Shown piece by piece: positions 1 through 11,086 of a DNA stretch of 64,000 nt. A program made the translations under genes and the position numbers. This DNA is from Neophaeotheca triangularis. Its lineage: Eukaryota. The notes beneath the pieces are model-generated. The model saw nothing but the letters and a program-made list of their open reading frames with translations. It ran no database searches and was not told the origin of the DNA. Numbering within the stretch: the stretch's first letter is position 1; each line of letters opens with the position of its first letter. The stretch spans positions 248,001-312,000 of the forward strand of contig BAAIJX010000016.1 in NCBI GenBank assembly GCA_054600435.1, written 5' to 3'.

Positions 1-712
1 GACTACCACTGCCGAAACCACTCCTTCCCCCTCCATACCCGCCAGGTCCGCCGAATCCACCACGACCGTAGCCATTCTCTCTCATCCCACCAGGGTAGCT
101 GCGTCCACCGCCGGGACCAGGGGGCGCACCACCACGCGCAGCAGGAACAGGAGCCACACGCCCGTCCGCGCCGGGAGGGTAGACAGAGCAGACAATGTAA
201 TCGCCAATCACGAACCTCGCCTCGGCCAAGCTCTTGCCAGCATCACCTTCCAAGTCCTTGAGATCCACGGTAGCCGTCGCAGCATCCCCATCCGCATCCG
301 TCGCGGGAAGTTCGGCACCTACTCCTCCAACCACGACGTGCCCCAGAGGCTTATCCAACCACCTTCCCTTCCCTCCAGCGTCAGGCGCGGACCTAGTGTC
401 GGGGAAGACGAGCTTGAAAACGACTCTCGTGCCCACAGCGGGTGTTGGGAGCATGTTCTTGACTTGCGAGCTCAGCAACTGTACCAATTCACCCAGAGTG
501 CAGTCCGGCCACGTGTAGATGTGGACGCTGTGGGAGCGCAGCGAGGCGGGGAGCAGTGCGGTGTAGTCTGGGACGTCGGTGGTGTCCTCGGGGGGCGCAA
601 CGCTGAATTCGGAGGGGGCGAAGAGAGCGGAGCTGCGGTGGAAGACACGCAGGAGGAAGGGCGATTGTTGGGTGCGGTCGATTTTGGACGAGGGGTCGGG
701 GCGGAGTGCCAT
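1..712 (-). CDS. SAP18: Sin3-associated polypeptide SAP18 (3' end runs off the window)
   Basis: Not in the ORF track. Manual translation from ATG at 712: MALRPDPSSKIDRTQQSPFLLRVFHR...VHIYTWPDCTLGELVQLL...VGTRVVFKLVFPDTR...KSLAEARFVIGDYIVCSVYPP, then an RGG-rich tail. These are SAP18 motifs. Confidence 0.85.
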   Translation of the reverse strand, partial: MALRPDPSSKIDRTQQSPFLLRVFHRSSALFAPSEFSVAPPEDTTDVPDYTALLPASLRSHSVHIYTWPDCTLGELVQLLSSQVKNMLPTPAVGTRVVFKLVFPDTRSAPDAGGKGRWLDKPLGHVVVGGVGAELPATDADGDAATATVDLKDLEGDAGKSLAEARFVIGDYIVCSVYPPGADGRVAPVPAARGGAPPGPGGGRSYPGGMRENGYGRGGFGGPGGYGGGRSGFGSGS

Positions 713-1752
713 GTTGGAGAGGGTGTGGTTTATGTGGGTGAGGTGAGTAGGGTGAGTGTAGGGTAGGTTTCGTGGTTAACTGTATTCGAAATTGATGTGA
801 TCGCAGTATGATGTAGTGTGCGTCAGTCAATGACAGTGACGGACGTGAGATTGTGGAATAGAATAGTAGGTTGTAGGTCGTAGGGTTGCGACGCGGAAGT
901 TGAAGTACGAGCGCGCAAAAATGTCGACTTGTTGCAGGTGAGCTTCCAAACCCAGAGCTTGGACGCGCTTATCTTAGCGCCGGAGGGGAGATACCGTCTG
1001 CCGACCGCAGAGCGATTGGATGGGCATGCTAAGCACAAAATCACAGACTCGTTCTAGTGTACAAGCGAGAGTGATTGCAACGGGTAAAACTTTCATGGAT
1101 TCTCTTAGCACTCTAATCTCCCCAAAGCTACAAATACACAACTCCACCAAAAGCCACCTTGGCCAGTAAACCCTCAAGAAGGTAGAGAAAAGAAAGCAAG
1201 CGGTCCACGTGTTGAAGCAAACCGTCAGCCCAGTCCCTCGTAAAGCTCCATTAAGAAGAATGAGCACCACACAAAGAGCTCGTTTCCTTGGGCGTAAAAC
1301 AAACAAGCGCCACAGAAAGCCCAGAGAACTGGCAACAACAGGGGTATCTTCCCATCCACAACTCCGACACATCCTTCCTCCACCGCAAAACGCTAAACGC
1401 CGCAAAAGGGTTCCGTAAAGATGCTTGGGGTGCTTGAGGAGACTTGAGGAGAGACTGTTAATGCCATTTCTCTCTAGGGATATTGGAGGGCGAGAGGTTG
1501 GATGATTGCGGCTTTGAGCCGCCGGGGAAAAGGGGAAAGCAGGTGGCGGCAGCGAGGAGAGCGCGTATCCAGCGGTCATTTGGGCTCCCTTGCCTGCTTG
1601 TGTCTTCTGTTTTCTTACCTGTGGTTAGGAAAATTCCGTTGGCTTTCCGGCAGGTTGGGAAAGGGGAGTTAGTAGGCTGTGGGTTAGTTCCGGCGGAGGA
1701 GGTCCAGCAAGCAAAGTTGTCGGTCAAAGGGGTTGTTTCGCAGTCGATAAGC

Positions 1753-4218
1753 TCAAGAGTCGGCAGCGCTGGTAGGATGAGCAGCCTCGACAGCCTCCGA
1801 AGACTTGGACTTCTTCAACGCGGGCTCGGGCTCATCATCGTCTGTGAACAAGTCTTCATCAAATTCGTCAAATGGGCGCTTGGCTGGGGTTGTTGGAGAA
1901 GCCGCAGTCTTTGCAGCCTCTTGTGCTTGATACTCGGTCGGCGTAAGATCGTCCCATACGATGTCGTCTTCTGGGCCCTCCTCAATGCTGTTGTCGAGAG
2001 TGGGCGTCTGGGCGACAATGGAAGCGGTTTTGCTGTCGTCGTCATCATCCTGGGGCTGTTGCGCGAGCTCTTCCTTGATTTCCCCGCTGATCGTGATAGT
2101 GGCGTCGGCGAGCGGGGAAGTAGGGTTCTCGCCCTCGGTCTGTTGCTGCTTGTCGTCTGCGTGAGGTTCCTTAATTCCGACGTCACTCGTAGACGGGTTG
2201 ATAGAGGCAGTAGCAGCTGCAGCCCCAAGCTGAGTGGCAGCAGCCTGCTGAATGCTGGCGTCTTGCAAAGAAGGCATTTGAGTGACATTCAGGTGACCCA
2301 GATCATAATCAACTTCAGTGCTGTTAGCGGGGTTCGCGTCATTTTTTGTTGCGAGCGCCGGTAGCAATTCCGCTTCTGCACGAAGAACAGCGGCGGCAGC
2401 AGCTTCTCCATCGTCAAGAGCCTCTGGCTGTTCTGCCTCTCCTGCTTTTGAAGACGGAGCAGTGCCATCTTCAACTTCGACAACTGAGTGCTTACTGCTA
2501 GGGCTGGTGTATCGATCGAACCTCTGCTTGTTGGCAGGCATGTCTTTGCTGGCTCCGTGGACTTCTACGACGTTCGCATCAGCATCGTCACGGTTATATG
2601 CCTCGATGTCTTGCTCCTCGGGAGCCGCCAAACCAGTGTCTTCTTCCACAGCGTCGTCTTCGGCGTTAGGGTCGATGTCCTCAGCATAGTCCGTAACAGG
2701 ATCTTCCTTTGCTTTGTTGGGAGCTTGAGTCTCGCTCGCTCTGTCCTCGCCGCCCGCATGCTCACCCAAAGCTTGCGCGGCAACCTCGATTCCCTCCTTT
2801 TCTGCAACAAACTCACCGTCAGTAGCTCCGTTTTCCTCCTCTTGCACCTCATAGCCTTCCCCAGCCTCACTAAGGAGCTCACCAACGTCCTCTTCCTCAA
2901 CGTCTTCTTGCTCATTGTCTTGATATTGTGTTTGATTAGCTGCTGTTGGCTCCTGGGCTTCGTCCTCATTGCTGACGCCGGGCACATCTTCGGGAAGAGT
3001 CGAAATGTCGTTGCCTTCGGGCGCCGAGATTTGCGCTTCGCTCTTCTGTCGTTGCGTCTCCAACTCACCAGCATCGTAGTCTGATTCGTCGGGCTCCTGT
3101 AAAGACTCTTCCTCGGGCTGGCCAAACTGCTCAAACCCTTCCACCCCCTCCCCCTCATACTGCTGCTCCACGGCACCATCCGTACCGAGGCCGGGGTAGT
3201 GGCCAGGCTCGTATGACTCAGCAAAATCGGCCGGATTGTCTGACTCGTGGCCAGTGGGCTCTCCGCCCTCTCGCCCTTGGCGTTCGTCGTGAAAGCCCGC
3301 TTGCTGCTCCACTGTCTCCTCCTCAACAGCAGCCTCAGGCTCGGCGGCGTATTCCTGGGCGGCTCCCTCGATGAGTCCGTGGCTGACATCACCCACCTCA
3401 CCGGGGGAGACGTCCCAGTCCATGACCTGCGCGAGTTGAGAAAATCCAACACCCCCAGCCGCGGCCCTCTGTGTTGCTGCCAAATCAAGGGCGAAGCTCT
3501 CGCAGAATCTTACAGACATTTCAAGTTCCGGGACGTCCTCATGTTGAATGCCGTCGTTGTATTGCATTTGAAGGTATAGGTTGACGATATCGGACAGACT
3601 TGCCTGGTAAGCATGTGCTTCTGTTTCGATGAATTTGAATCGTAGTTGAGGAAAATGTGCCTCAAGCTGGCAAGTGTAGAGACTCGCTGGCGGATTCGGG
3701 AAGCCCTCTAGGTGCGATCGGATCTTACCCAGAAGCGCGTTGAGGGAGAGGTTATAAAAGTTCTCATCATCGATCCATCCTTGTTCTGAGTCAGGCATGG
3801 TGAAGAGAGTCATAGAGAATCCATCGTATAGTAGGGAGATGGGGAGGGTGGTTGAGTGAGTAATAGTAGTGGCGGTAAGGGTAGTAGGATCGTTGGCGTC
3901 AATTTGCTCGGTTGTGGTTGGGTCTTCTTTGCCCTGAACGTTGTCGTTCATCTCCTCATCGTCGTGCGCTTCGTCCATTTGTTCATCTACGGCGTGGAGG
4001 GTCTCTCCCTCCATATCCTCATCGACGTCCAGTAGCTGCTCTCCGTCTGGCCCATCCTCAAGGGTTTCGTCGACATCCTGCAATTGCTCGTCGTCCTTGA
4101 TCTGGTCGACATCACCGAGGTCAAAGTCGATGTCTATGTCCTTGGAGCTGTCGGGAGTGGCAGCAACGTCCATGCGATCTTCTGGCGGAGCCAGATTCGC
4201 CATGGCTGCTGAAGCCAT
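1753..4218 (-). CDS. Glu/Asp-rich protein with a DUF2420 (UPF0646/Rmr1-like) domain
   Basis: Long acidic ORF, likely ATG at 4218 (MASAAMANL). The segment PISLLYDGFSMTLF...DENFYNLSLNALLGKIRSHL resembles fungal DUF2420. C-terminal basic NLS-like patches (KRPF...KKSK). A GTGAGT donor at 4371 and a GCTGAC branch site suggest a 5'UTR intron. Confidence 0.6.
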   Translation of the reverse strand: MASAAMANLAPPEDRMDVAATPDSSKDIDIDFDLGDVDQIKDDEQLQDVDETLEDGPDGEQLLDVDEDMEGETLHAVDEQMDEAHDDEEMNDNVQGKEDPTTTEQIDANDPTTLTATTITHSTTLPISLLYDGFSMTLFTMPDSEQGWIDDENFYNLSLNALLGKIRSHLEGFPNPPASLYTCQLEAHFPQLRFKFIETEAHAYQASLSDIVNLYLQMQYNDGIQHEDVPELEMSVRFCESFALDLAATQRAAAGGVGFSQLAQVMDWDVSPGEVGDVSHGLIEGAAQEYAAEPEAAVEEETVEQQAGFHDERQGREGGEPTGHESDNPADFAESYEPGHYPGLGTDGAVEQQYEGEGVEGFEQFGQPEEESLQEPDESDYDAGELETQRQKSEAQISAPEGNDISTLPEDVPGVSNEDEAQEPTAANQTQYQDNEQEDVEEEDVGELLSEAGEGYEVQEEENGATDGEFVAEKEGIEVAAQALGEHAGGEDRASETQAPNKAKEDPVTDYAEDIDPNAEDDAVEEDTGLAAPEEQDIEAYNRDDADANVVEVHGASKDMPANKQRFDRYTSPSSKHSVVEVEDGTAPSSKAGEAEQPEALDDGEAAAAAVLRAEAELLPALATKNDANPANSTEVDYDLGHLNVTQMPSLQDASIQQAAATQLGAAAATASINPSTSDVGIKEPHADDKQQQTEGENPTSPLADATITISGEIKEELAQQPQDDDDDSKTASIVAQTPTLDNSIEEGPEDDIVWDDLTPTEYQAQEAAKTAASPTTPAKRPFDEFDEDLFTDDDEPEPALKKSKSSEAVEAAHPTSAADS

Positions 4219-4773
4219 ATGGAAACAGAAATGCCAACAGGGGCAAAGCTGTGTTAAGGTTGAATGTGCAGTTGCTTTGTAACACGCTGTGTCAGCGGAG
4301 TCCGCAGAGCTGGCCCGAGCGTCTGTCGCACTCGTGGCGCGTGAAGAGTGCGAAGCAGGTGGCATACTCACAGGAACGAGGCTGTGGAGGTATTGAGTAG
4401 CTGTATTGATGGTGGAAGAGAGTGAATAATATGCGAGCGGTGCAATACAGGCAGTATAAGGTGGAAGGAAGTGAGAGGAGTGACAGTGGTGGTGGTGGCG
4501 GTGGTGGTGATGTCGCGTTTGGGAATCAGGTGGAGGTGGTAGAGGGAGTTCAAAGGGATCCTAGGAGCTGGAAGCTTTCTTTGTGCGAGGATGCCACTAG
4601 CGGCGGGACTGACTAAGCGAGTTGATGCCAAGGGATTGCTTTGGCTGGACACCTTGCAGCGGGCTGCCTACTCGACGTTGGGAAGAGGGACAGTACTGTA
4701 TACAGATAGTAGAACCAACGACGGCAGAACACTTTTAAGGACGGAGTAGAACGACACAGACTGAATTGCCATC

Positions 4774-6408
4774 ATGGTAGGCTCGAGAAATACACATCGT
4801 GACCCGTGTTACGGTAAAGCTAACACCATACGCCAGGTCGTCCTCTCAGCAGCAATCACCACCCGCTCAGGGAAACCCATCCTCGCCCGCCAGTTTCGAC
4901 AGATGCAAAGATCCCGTGTAGAAGCACTCCTCGCCTCATTCCCGAAGCTCGCCGACACTCAATCCCAACACACCACCGTCGAACAGGACAATGTCCGCTT
5001 CGTATACCAACCATTGGACGAGCTGTACATGGTTCTAATCACCAACCGCCAATCCAACATCTTGCAGGACATCTCGACTCTCCACCTATTCGCACAGGTT
5101 GTTGGCTCAATATGCAAGAGCATGGACGAGCGGGAGATTGCCCGCTGCGCTTTCGAGCTGCTATCCGCATTCGATGAGCTCGTTACTCAGGGATACCGGG
5201 AGAACCTGACCCTCTCCCAGATCAAGACCTTCCTTGACATGGAGAGTCACGAGGAACGCATTCAGGAAATCATCGCGAGGAACAAGGAGTTGGAGGCGTC
5301 AGAGGAGCGCAAGAGGAAGGCGAAGCAGTTGGAGATGCAGCGCAAGGAGATGACCCGCGCGCAGAGCCGCGGTGGAGGCATGCCCCGGGCACCAAACTAC
5401 CCGACCTACACCCCGACTCAACCGGCTCCCTCCCCGAGCGTGCCCGACACCTACGACAGCTACAATGCGGCAAAGAACCAGAGCTTCGGCAAGCCCCTGG
5501 CTTCAAGAGGAAAGGGTATGCAGCTTGGGAAGAAGAACAAAACAGGCAATATGTTCGATCAAGTCCGCGGTGATCTTGGTCCCGAAGCAGAAGCCAGCGC
5601 GCCTCTTGCTGGTGTTCCTGCAGCAGCACCTACACCTGTTCAGCCAGACGTTGCATCGGCCGGCGCTCCTGCCCAACACGGCGATACCGAAAGCGTGCAC
5701 ATCACAATTGCCGAAGCCATCTCCGCCCAACTTTCCCGTGAAGGCGCCCTTGAATCCTTCAAAGTCAATGGCGACATGCAAATGCGCATCACAGACAGCT
5801 CGCTTACACAAGTGAAACTCGATCTTGCGGTTGGGGACACCCGCGGCGCGCAACTAAACACGCATCCTAAAGTCGACAAGGCGCAATTCAAGAACAACAA
5901 CATCATCCAGTTGCAAGACACTTCCAAGGGCTTCCCAGCCAACAACAGCATCCCGGTGATGCGATGGCGGCTAGCAGCCAAGCCCGAAGACGTCGAGGAC
6001 CCACCCATCAAATTTACAGTCTGGGCAAGCGAATCCAGCACAAACACCTACTCCATCACCGTCGAGTACGAACTTACAGGCGAAGACGCTCTCAAAGACG
6101 TGACGGTCGTGATACCGTACTCCACTTCCGAACCCTCTGTCGGCAGTTTCGACGCCGTCTACGAAGTGTCCGGCGACAGCATCGACTGGAACATTGGCGA
6201 TATTGATGAGAGCAACGGTAGCGGCAGTTTCGAATTCGAGGCACAGGCACAGGACGAGAGCGAGTTCTTCCCCATGAGTGTGAGGTTTACCAAGAGCAGG
6301 CCGTGGGTTGATGTTGATGTTAGTGGGGTTGAATTGTTGAGCATGGGTCATGAGGTGCCATTCTCGAAGGAGGTCAGGAGTGTTGCTGAGAGCTATACTA
6401 TTGTGTAG
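4774..6408 (+). CDS. RET2: Coatomer subunit delta (delta-COP)
   Basis: Exon 1 is the ATG only; intron 4777-4836 (GTAGGC...GCTAAC...CAG). Spliced N-terminus MVVLSAAITTRSGKPILARQF, longin domain, MESHEERIQEII, C-terminal mu-homology domain (GSFEF, FFPMSVRF). Confidence 0.95.
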   Translation: MVGSRNTHRDPCYGKANTIRQVVLSAAITTRSGKPILARQFRQMQRSRVEALLASFPKLADTQSQHTTVEQDNVRFVYQPLDELYMVLITNRQSNILQDISTLHLFAQVVGSICKSMDEREIARCAFELLSAFDELVTQGYRENLTLSQIKTFLDMESHEERIQEIIARNKELEASEERKRKAKQLEMQRKEMTRAQSRGGGMPRAPNYPTYTPTQPAPSPSVPDTYDSYNAAKNQSFGKPLASRGKGMQLGKKNKTGNMFDQVRGDLGPEAEASAPLAGVPAAAPTPVQPDVASAGAPAQHGDTESVHITIAEAISAQLSREGALESFKVNGDMQMRITDSSLTQVKLDLAVGDTRGAQLNTHPKVDKAQFKNNNIIQLQDTSKGFPANNSIPVMRWRLAAKPEDVEDPPIKFTVWASESSTNTYSITVEYELTGEDALKDVTVVIPYSTSEPSVGSFDAVYEVSGDSIDWNIGDIDESNGSGSFEFEAQAQDESEFFPMSVRFTKSRPWVDVDVSGVELLSMGHEVPFSKEVRSVAESYTIV

Positions 6409-6709
6409 TGCAAAGCTCGTGGAACAGTGTAGGCGTGGGCGTATGGTGTTTTGGGAGGACAAGCGGTATTTTAGATAGAACATGCAAGTAGTGGCACGTG
6501 ACAGCGCGCTTGCTGAAAACGCGCTAGTGCTTTGACCTCACGTCTTCCCATCACGCCCCAATGCAGCTTGAACCGTAAAACAAACCCCTCATCATACAAC
6601 GTGGTACTGTGAACCTTCGCCAACATGACCAAATGATATCAAATGCAACGCTCAAGCCCGCACTTAATGTAAATTGGCTCAAAAGCCCTACCGCCAACCA
6701 AAAAGCAAT

Positions 6710-9202
6710 ATGACACCCCAACCAACCCTTCCCCTCCTCTCTCAGCAATCTTTCCCGCATCCTCTCGACCACAAACTTCTCGTGACCTCCCTGAACACTG
6801 CCCACGATCTCTTGGCTCTAGCTCCTCTACCCCTGGACGACTCAACAACCCCTTCGCTTCGCATTTCCCGCCTCATAACCGGACAGGAAATTCAGACTCT
6901 TACACACCAGGACGAGGACTTCGAGGAATGCGCTCCTACTGCGCTTGGCTGGAGGCAAGATGGTAGGGGCTTGGCCGTTGGGTGGGGAGATGGGAAGTGG
7001 GAGGTTGTTGGGAGGGGTGGGGGGAGTGTTAGAGGTGACGAAGGGGGAGAGGGGCCTTGGGGAATCGAATTGGGAGCGAGGGGGTTCGGTGGTAGTGGAG
7101 GGAGCGATGCTGGGGAGGGAGGTGGGAGGGTTGTCAGGGTTGTTGGGTGGGGGATGCATCGACTGAAGCGGGTGAGGGGAGGGGGAGGTGGGGGTTTGTC
7201 GGCGGGTGGCAGGGAGGGCGATGAGGACGGTTTTGGCTTTCTGGGTGGTCTGGGGTCGCGGACGCCGGATTTGCCAAAAGTAATTGCCACGCTGGACGCG
7301 GCTAGGGTGCTGCCGAAACTCAGTGCGATTCCTTCGCATGGCATACCGGGAGCTCGGTTTGACTCGGATGCGAATAAGTTTACTACGCAGGCTGCTGTTG
7401 ATGGGGTGTTTGAGACGCAGAAGACGGTCGATGCTGAGGGTGTCGATGTGTTGCTTGTAGCTAGCGATGACGATGTGAGGGTCATGCTGGACGAGACGGT
7501 CAATATTGGCGCTGTGCCTGTTGAATCAAAGGCCGTATTGCATGCTTGCCACGAGCATAGCGGGACGCACGCTTTTCTCGGGACGGAAGAGACGGAAAGT
7601 GGTGGCCAACAGGTGAACTTGCATCTACTGGATCTACCTCTTGAAATCCTTGGAGGTCCATTGCTACATGTTATCGCCACAAACACTAAACGTACGCAAA
7701 ACCTCGTCAGCTACATTACGCAAACACTCCGCTGCATGCAACACGATTATACCACCGGCCTACAGTTCCCTACTCGTCTCATGAACAACATCAACGAAGA
7801 GTTATCCGAAAAAGAAGAGACCCCCCTTCCCACCCAACTCTTCCACCTATCGATGACCGGCCATTTCACTCCCACCATCCTTGAATGGCTCACTGACATC
7901 GTCAAAGACACAAACCACAAACGTTGGCACCAAGCTGTAGATGGCATGTACAGCAACCTTCAAAACCACCTCCTCGTCAATCTCCTCCCTGCTCTCGACC
8001 GCCTGAGCATCGCAATCTCCACTCTCCGAGGCCAGGCTAAATTCCACGACGGCAGCAGCGCTTTCGCCGTCGAGCATCCTATTTTCTCCGACATACTCGA
8101 AGGTGTGGATGCCCTCCGTCTCGTCGCGAAAAGGCTGCAACTCCTGGTCATCATGGAGCAGCGCCAATTCAGGGCTTTCAGCAAGTGGCTGCGGGTGCAG
8201 ATTGACATCGGAACAGCAGGACCCGGTTCAAAAAGCGCGGTCGAGACTGAAGAAAGGGAAGTGGCGAATATCGATTTCCCGCTGGTGTTGGCCTACCTCA
8301 AGGGTGCAATGCTGCAGTCGAAGCTCGCTGCGCATCTTCTACCCAGACCGGGTGTTAGCAAGGGGAGTCTCTCGAAAGAGCAATTCTTCAACCACCCGCT
8401 TGTAAAGTACATGAGTTTTGAACGGACCGCAGAAGCGCTGAAAGAGCTTGACACCTTTGTCGATGGCCCTCTCAAATCGTCTTTGCTAAGAGACGTTGAG
8501 GACCCTCGCGCGTTGCTCAACTTACCCGCTATTGCCGTTGCCACGAGTGGGCATGTTCGGGTCGCTATTGAACGCATTACGCACTGGCAGGGTAAGATGT
8601 TGCCTCGGGTGGTCTCGCATTCCTTGAGGTTCCCAGAAGAAGTAGCTTCACCCCTTCCGCGAGCAGTGGATATGTGCATGCAAGCAGAGCCGGAGAAGGC
8701 GTCTGTGAGGTTGAGAGTCCTGCTGATCAACGATGGTGGAGATGGCGCTGTCTACGCACACGACACTGCATACACGCCTAATGACAGCAGCCAAATTCTT
8801 GAACAAAAAACTCTCGCTACTGCCAACCCGGCGCCGGACTCCAAAATCTTAGACGCCAAGTTCATCAACCACAGCGTCTTCATCGGCCTTTGGCGAGTGG
8901 CAGATGCCTACGTCTTGGCAGTTTCCATCTGCCCCGATACTGCGTTCGCCGCTCAGTCGGATGAGCCGTTGAAGACTAGTGTCATTCACCAGCTGAGCAC
9001 TGACGACGCTTTCGTACCTGAGAGCATTGTTGTTGGTGGCCGCAAGGGAAAGAAGGTGTGTATCGCGTTCGGCAACGAAGGTAAAGCATTGAGAGTCTTT
9101 GATCTGGAGAGTGGTGTCGTGGCTGGGCTTGCAGCGCTTAAGATTGATGAGAGGCGGCGGAAAGGTGGAAAACAAGAGGAGGATTTTGACATGGGGATGT
9201 GA
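6710..9202 (+). CDS. APC4: Anaphase-promoting complex subunit 4 (Apc4/Cut20)
   Basis: ATG at 6710. WD40-like N-terminus (DLLA, ALGWRQDGRGLAVGWGDG) and Apc4 helical region (LFHLSMTGH...LEWL, KRWHQAV, LLPALDRL..ISTLRG, FRAFSKWLR). Confidence 0.85.
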   Translation: MTPQPTLPLLSQQSFPHPLDHKLLVTSLNTAHDLLALAPLPLDDSTTPSLRISRLITGQEIQTLTHQDEDFEECAPTALGWRQDGRGLAVGWGDGKWEVVGRGGGSVRGDEGGEGPWGIELGARGFGGSGGSDAGEGGGRVVRVVGWGMHRLKRVRGGGGGGLSAGGREGDEDGFGFLGGLGSRTPDLPKVIATLDAARVLPKLSAIPSHGIPGARFDSDANKFTTQAAVDGVFETQKTVDAEGVDVLLVASDDDVRVMLDETVNIGAVPVESKAVLHACHEHSGTHAFLGTEETESGGQQVNLHLLDLPLEILGGPLLHVIATNTKRTQNLVSYITQTLRCMQHDYTTGLQFPTRLMNNINEELSEKEETPLPTQLFHLSMTGHFTPTILEWLTDIVKDTNHKRWHQAVDGMYSNLQNHLLVNLLPALDRLSIAISTLRGQAKFHDGSSAFAVEHPIFSDILEGVDALRLVAKRLQLLVIMEQRQFRAFSKWLRVQIDIGTAGPGSKSAVETEEREVANIDFPLVLAYLKGAMLQSKLAAHLLPRPGVSKGSLSKEQFFNHPLVKYMSFERTAEALKELDTFVDGPLKSSLLRDVEDPRALLNLPAIAVATSGHVRVAIERITHWQGKMLPRVVSHSLRFPEEVASPLPRAVDMCMQAEPEKASVRLRVLLINDGGDGAVYAHDTAYTPNDSSQILEQKTLATANPAPDSKILDAKFINHSVFIGLWRVADAYVLAVSICPDTAFAAQSDEPLKTSVIHQLSTDDAFVPESIVVGGRKGKKVCIAFGNEGKALRVFDLESGVVAGLAALKIDERRRKGGKQEEDFDMGM

Positions 9203-9455
9203 TACATCTGTTATTTCTTATGAAAGTCTTTGCCCCCTATCGACCTATACGGCAACTGAGCAGGCCATCTTATGACCCCAGACGCATGTCCCGTTTCGCT
9301 CTCCATTTCGCCAAACTCCCGCCAAGTCTTAACAACGGATCAACAACGAAACCAGTCCCCCATGTTTCCACCCTGTTATGACCAATTCCGAATAGGATAC
9401 CGCACAGCCTCCCCATCTCTCGTCTCAGTCTCCAACTCAACCGCTCCTATCTCCA

Positions 9456-10349
9456 CTAAACCTCCACCCCACAACCCTCCTCATCCATCTCACGCCAAAG
9501 AACCCAAACACCCTCAACAGTCAACTCCCCCTCCCCCCTCGCCGTCTCCAAAACCTCCCACAACCCCAACATTCCCCTCAACCTCTCCATTTTCGCTCCC
9601 TCCTCAGTCGCCAGCAAATCCTCGATAGCAACGATAGCCGTGACATTCGCGTTGCCGGGATTGTTGACGAAAGCGTTGAAGTAGTTATCGTCGACGGGCG
9701 TGGCGGAGGTTTCGGTGGAGAGAGCGAGCAGGCCGCGGAGGAGTTGTGCGTTGGTTTCGGAGAGCGGGGTTTCTGGGGAGAGGTCGGTTGCTGTTGGGAG
9801 GTTGGTTTGAGGCCATTCTGGCGCCACTGCGGTGATGCGTTTGGGCAGGGTTTGGAGGAGGTAGAGTAGGCAGAGTTTCTTGGTTTCGGATTTGGTTTTG
9901 ATGGGGTCCGGGGTCGGGGTTGAGGTCTCGGGAGTTGGCTTCGGGGCTGGGACCGTGCGGTTGAGGATTGTGGTGTAGGTCTCTTGGGTTTGGAGGTTGG
10001 TGAGGTGGAGTTCCCAATCGGCTATGGCGGTGTCGAGATTGGCGCGGAGCTGGGGGAGGATGGAGGTGAAGTTGGAGAGTTTGGAGCGCATTGCTCGGGG
10101 AACTTGGAGGGATGGTAGGGATTCGGAGGCAGTGTTGGAGGTGACGTTGTCGTTGGAGCCATCCATGGTTGTTGACGTAGTGTTTGGAGATGCTGGGGAG
10201 TCGGTCTGGCTGTTGCTTGTTGACTGATCACTGGGTATGGCAGGGAGGGGTTTTGGTGGCAGGGGCTTGTTCACGTCTGGTTTCATGCTTGACGGCGCCT
10301 CTGGAGTCTCCGGCGAAGGGCTTGCCGACCTTGTGTTTGGTGGCGCCAT
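9456..10349 (-). CDS. Hypothetical protein (Pro/Ser/Thr-rich N-terminus, helical C-terminus)
   Basis: ~297-codon ORF from ATG 10349. The start is uncertain because an upstream exon is possible. No family recognised. Confidence 0.5.
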   Translation of the reverse strand: MAPPNTRSASPSPETPEAPSSMKPDVNKPLPPKPLPAIPSDQSTSNSQTDSPASPNTTSTTMDGSNDNVTSNTASESLPSLQVPRAMRSKLSNFTSILPQLRANLDTAIADWELHLTNLQTQETYTTILNRTVPAPKPTPETSTPTPDPIKTKSETKKLCLLYLLQTLPKRITAVAPEWPQTNLPTATDLSPETPLSETNAQLLRGLLALSTETSATPVDDNYFNAFVNNPGNANVTAIVAIEDLLATEEGAKMERLRGMLGLWEVLETARGEGELTVEGVWVLWREMDEEGCGVEV

Positions 10350-11086
10350 TGGAGTCTCGGGCGAAGGGTTGGCCGACCTGATAAATGGCACTGGCGCGGT
10401 CGCTGCGGGTAAAAGTAGATGGTTAATTGCTGACCGAAAGCACTTGATGTCTCAGCAGGGCACGAGTAGAATATTACTAAGAGCTGGCAATGCAGGGCGC
10501 TCGTTTTTCATGGGGTAGGCGTTCTTAAGAGGCTTCATCTTGCCGGCCAGGAGTGGTAGATGAGTTGCGCTTGTCGAGGTGTTGTCGCGGGTGTTGGATC
10601 ACAAGAAAAGGCTGCCTTCACTTTGGATCGGAGGTTGTTGTGTCAGGCAAAACCGTTTAGTGAAGTCTTTACAACCCGTTCTCACTTGCATACAAGCACG
10701 GACCAGAAAGCAGGAGACGACGAGAGGATAATGTCTGAGGCCGCAGAGCATCGAGATGGAGTGACATTGCAGAATTCACGGCTGCTCTGCATCGAGTCAC
10801 TAGATCAATACCATCTGTAATTCGTTTGAAAGCTTGGAACAGATTATGGATCCTTGCATGATCTTCTCGATGTGCAACGCTTCTTCCCCTCGTTCTCACA
10901 CCTTTTTTTGGCATGACTTCGGTCTCCTTTCCCATCTTGAGGGCGCTTTCACCGTCTTGACTGGAGGCCGCAAAAGCTTCGCATCCCAAACTCCATTCGC
11001 TCTCTTTGCACCCCTAATCACTCCCACAGCGAACTTCACACGCTGCCCATCTCCATGTTAAATCGATGTCCCTCAAATACCCTTCC

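Noticed and set aside
1483..3579. Several long ORFs overlapping the acidic DUF2420-like gene
   Set aside because: Antisense or alternative-frame shadows with no family motifs.
10669..10989. 106-aa minus ORF as an extra exon of the 11087-12887 gene
   Set aside because: Lies after the stop at 11087; no convincing splice link or motif.
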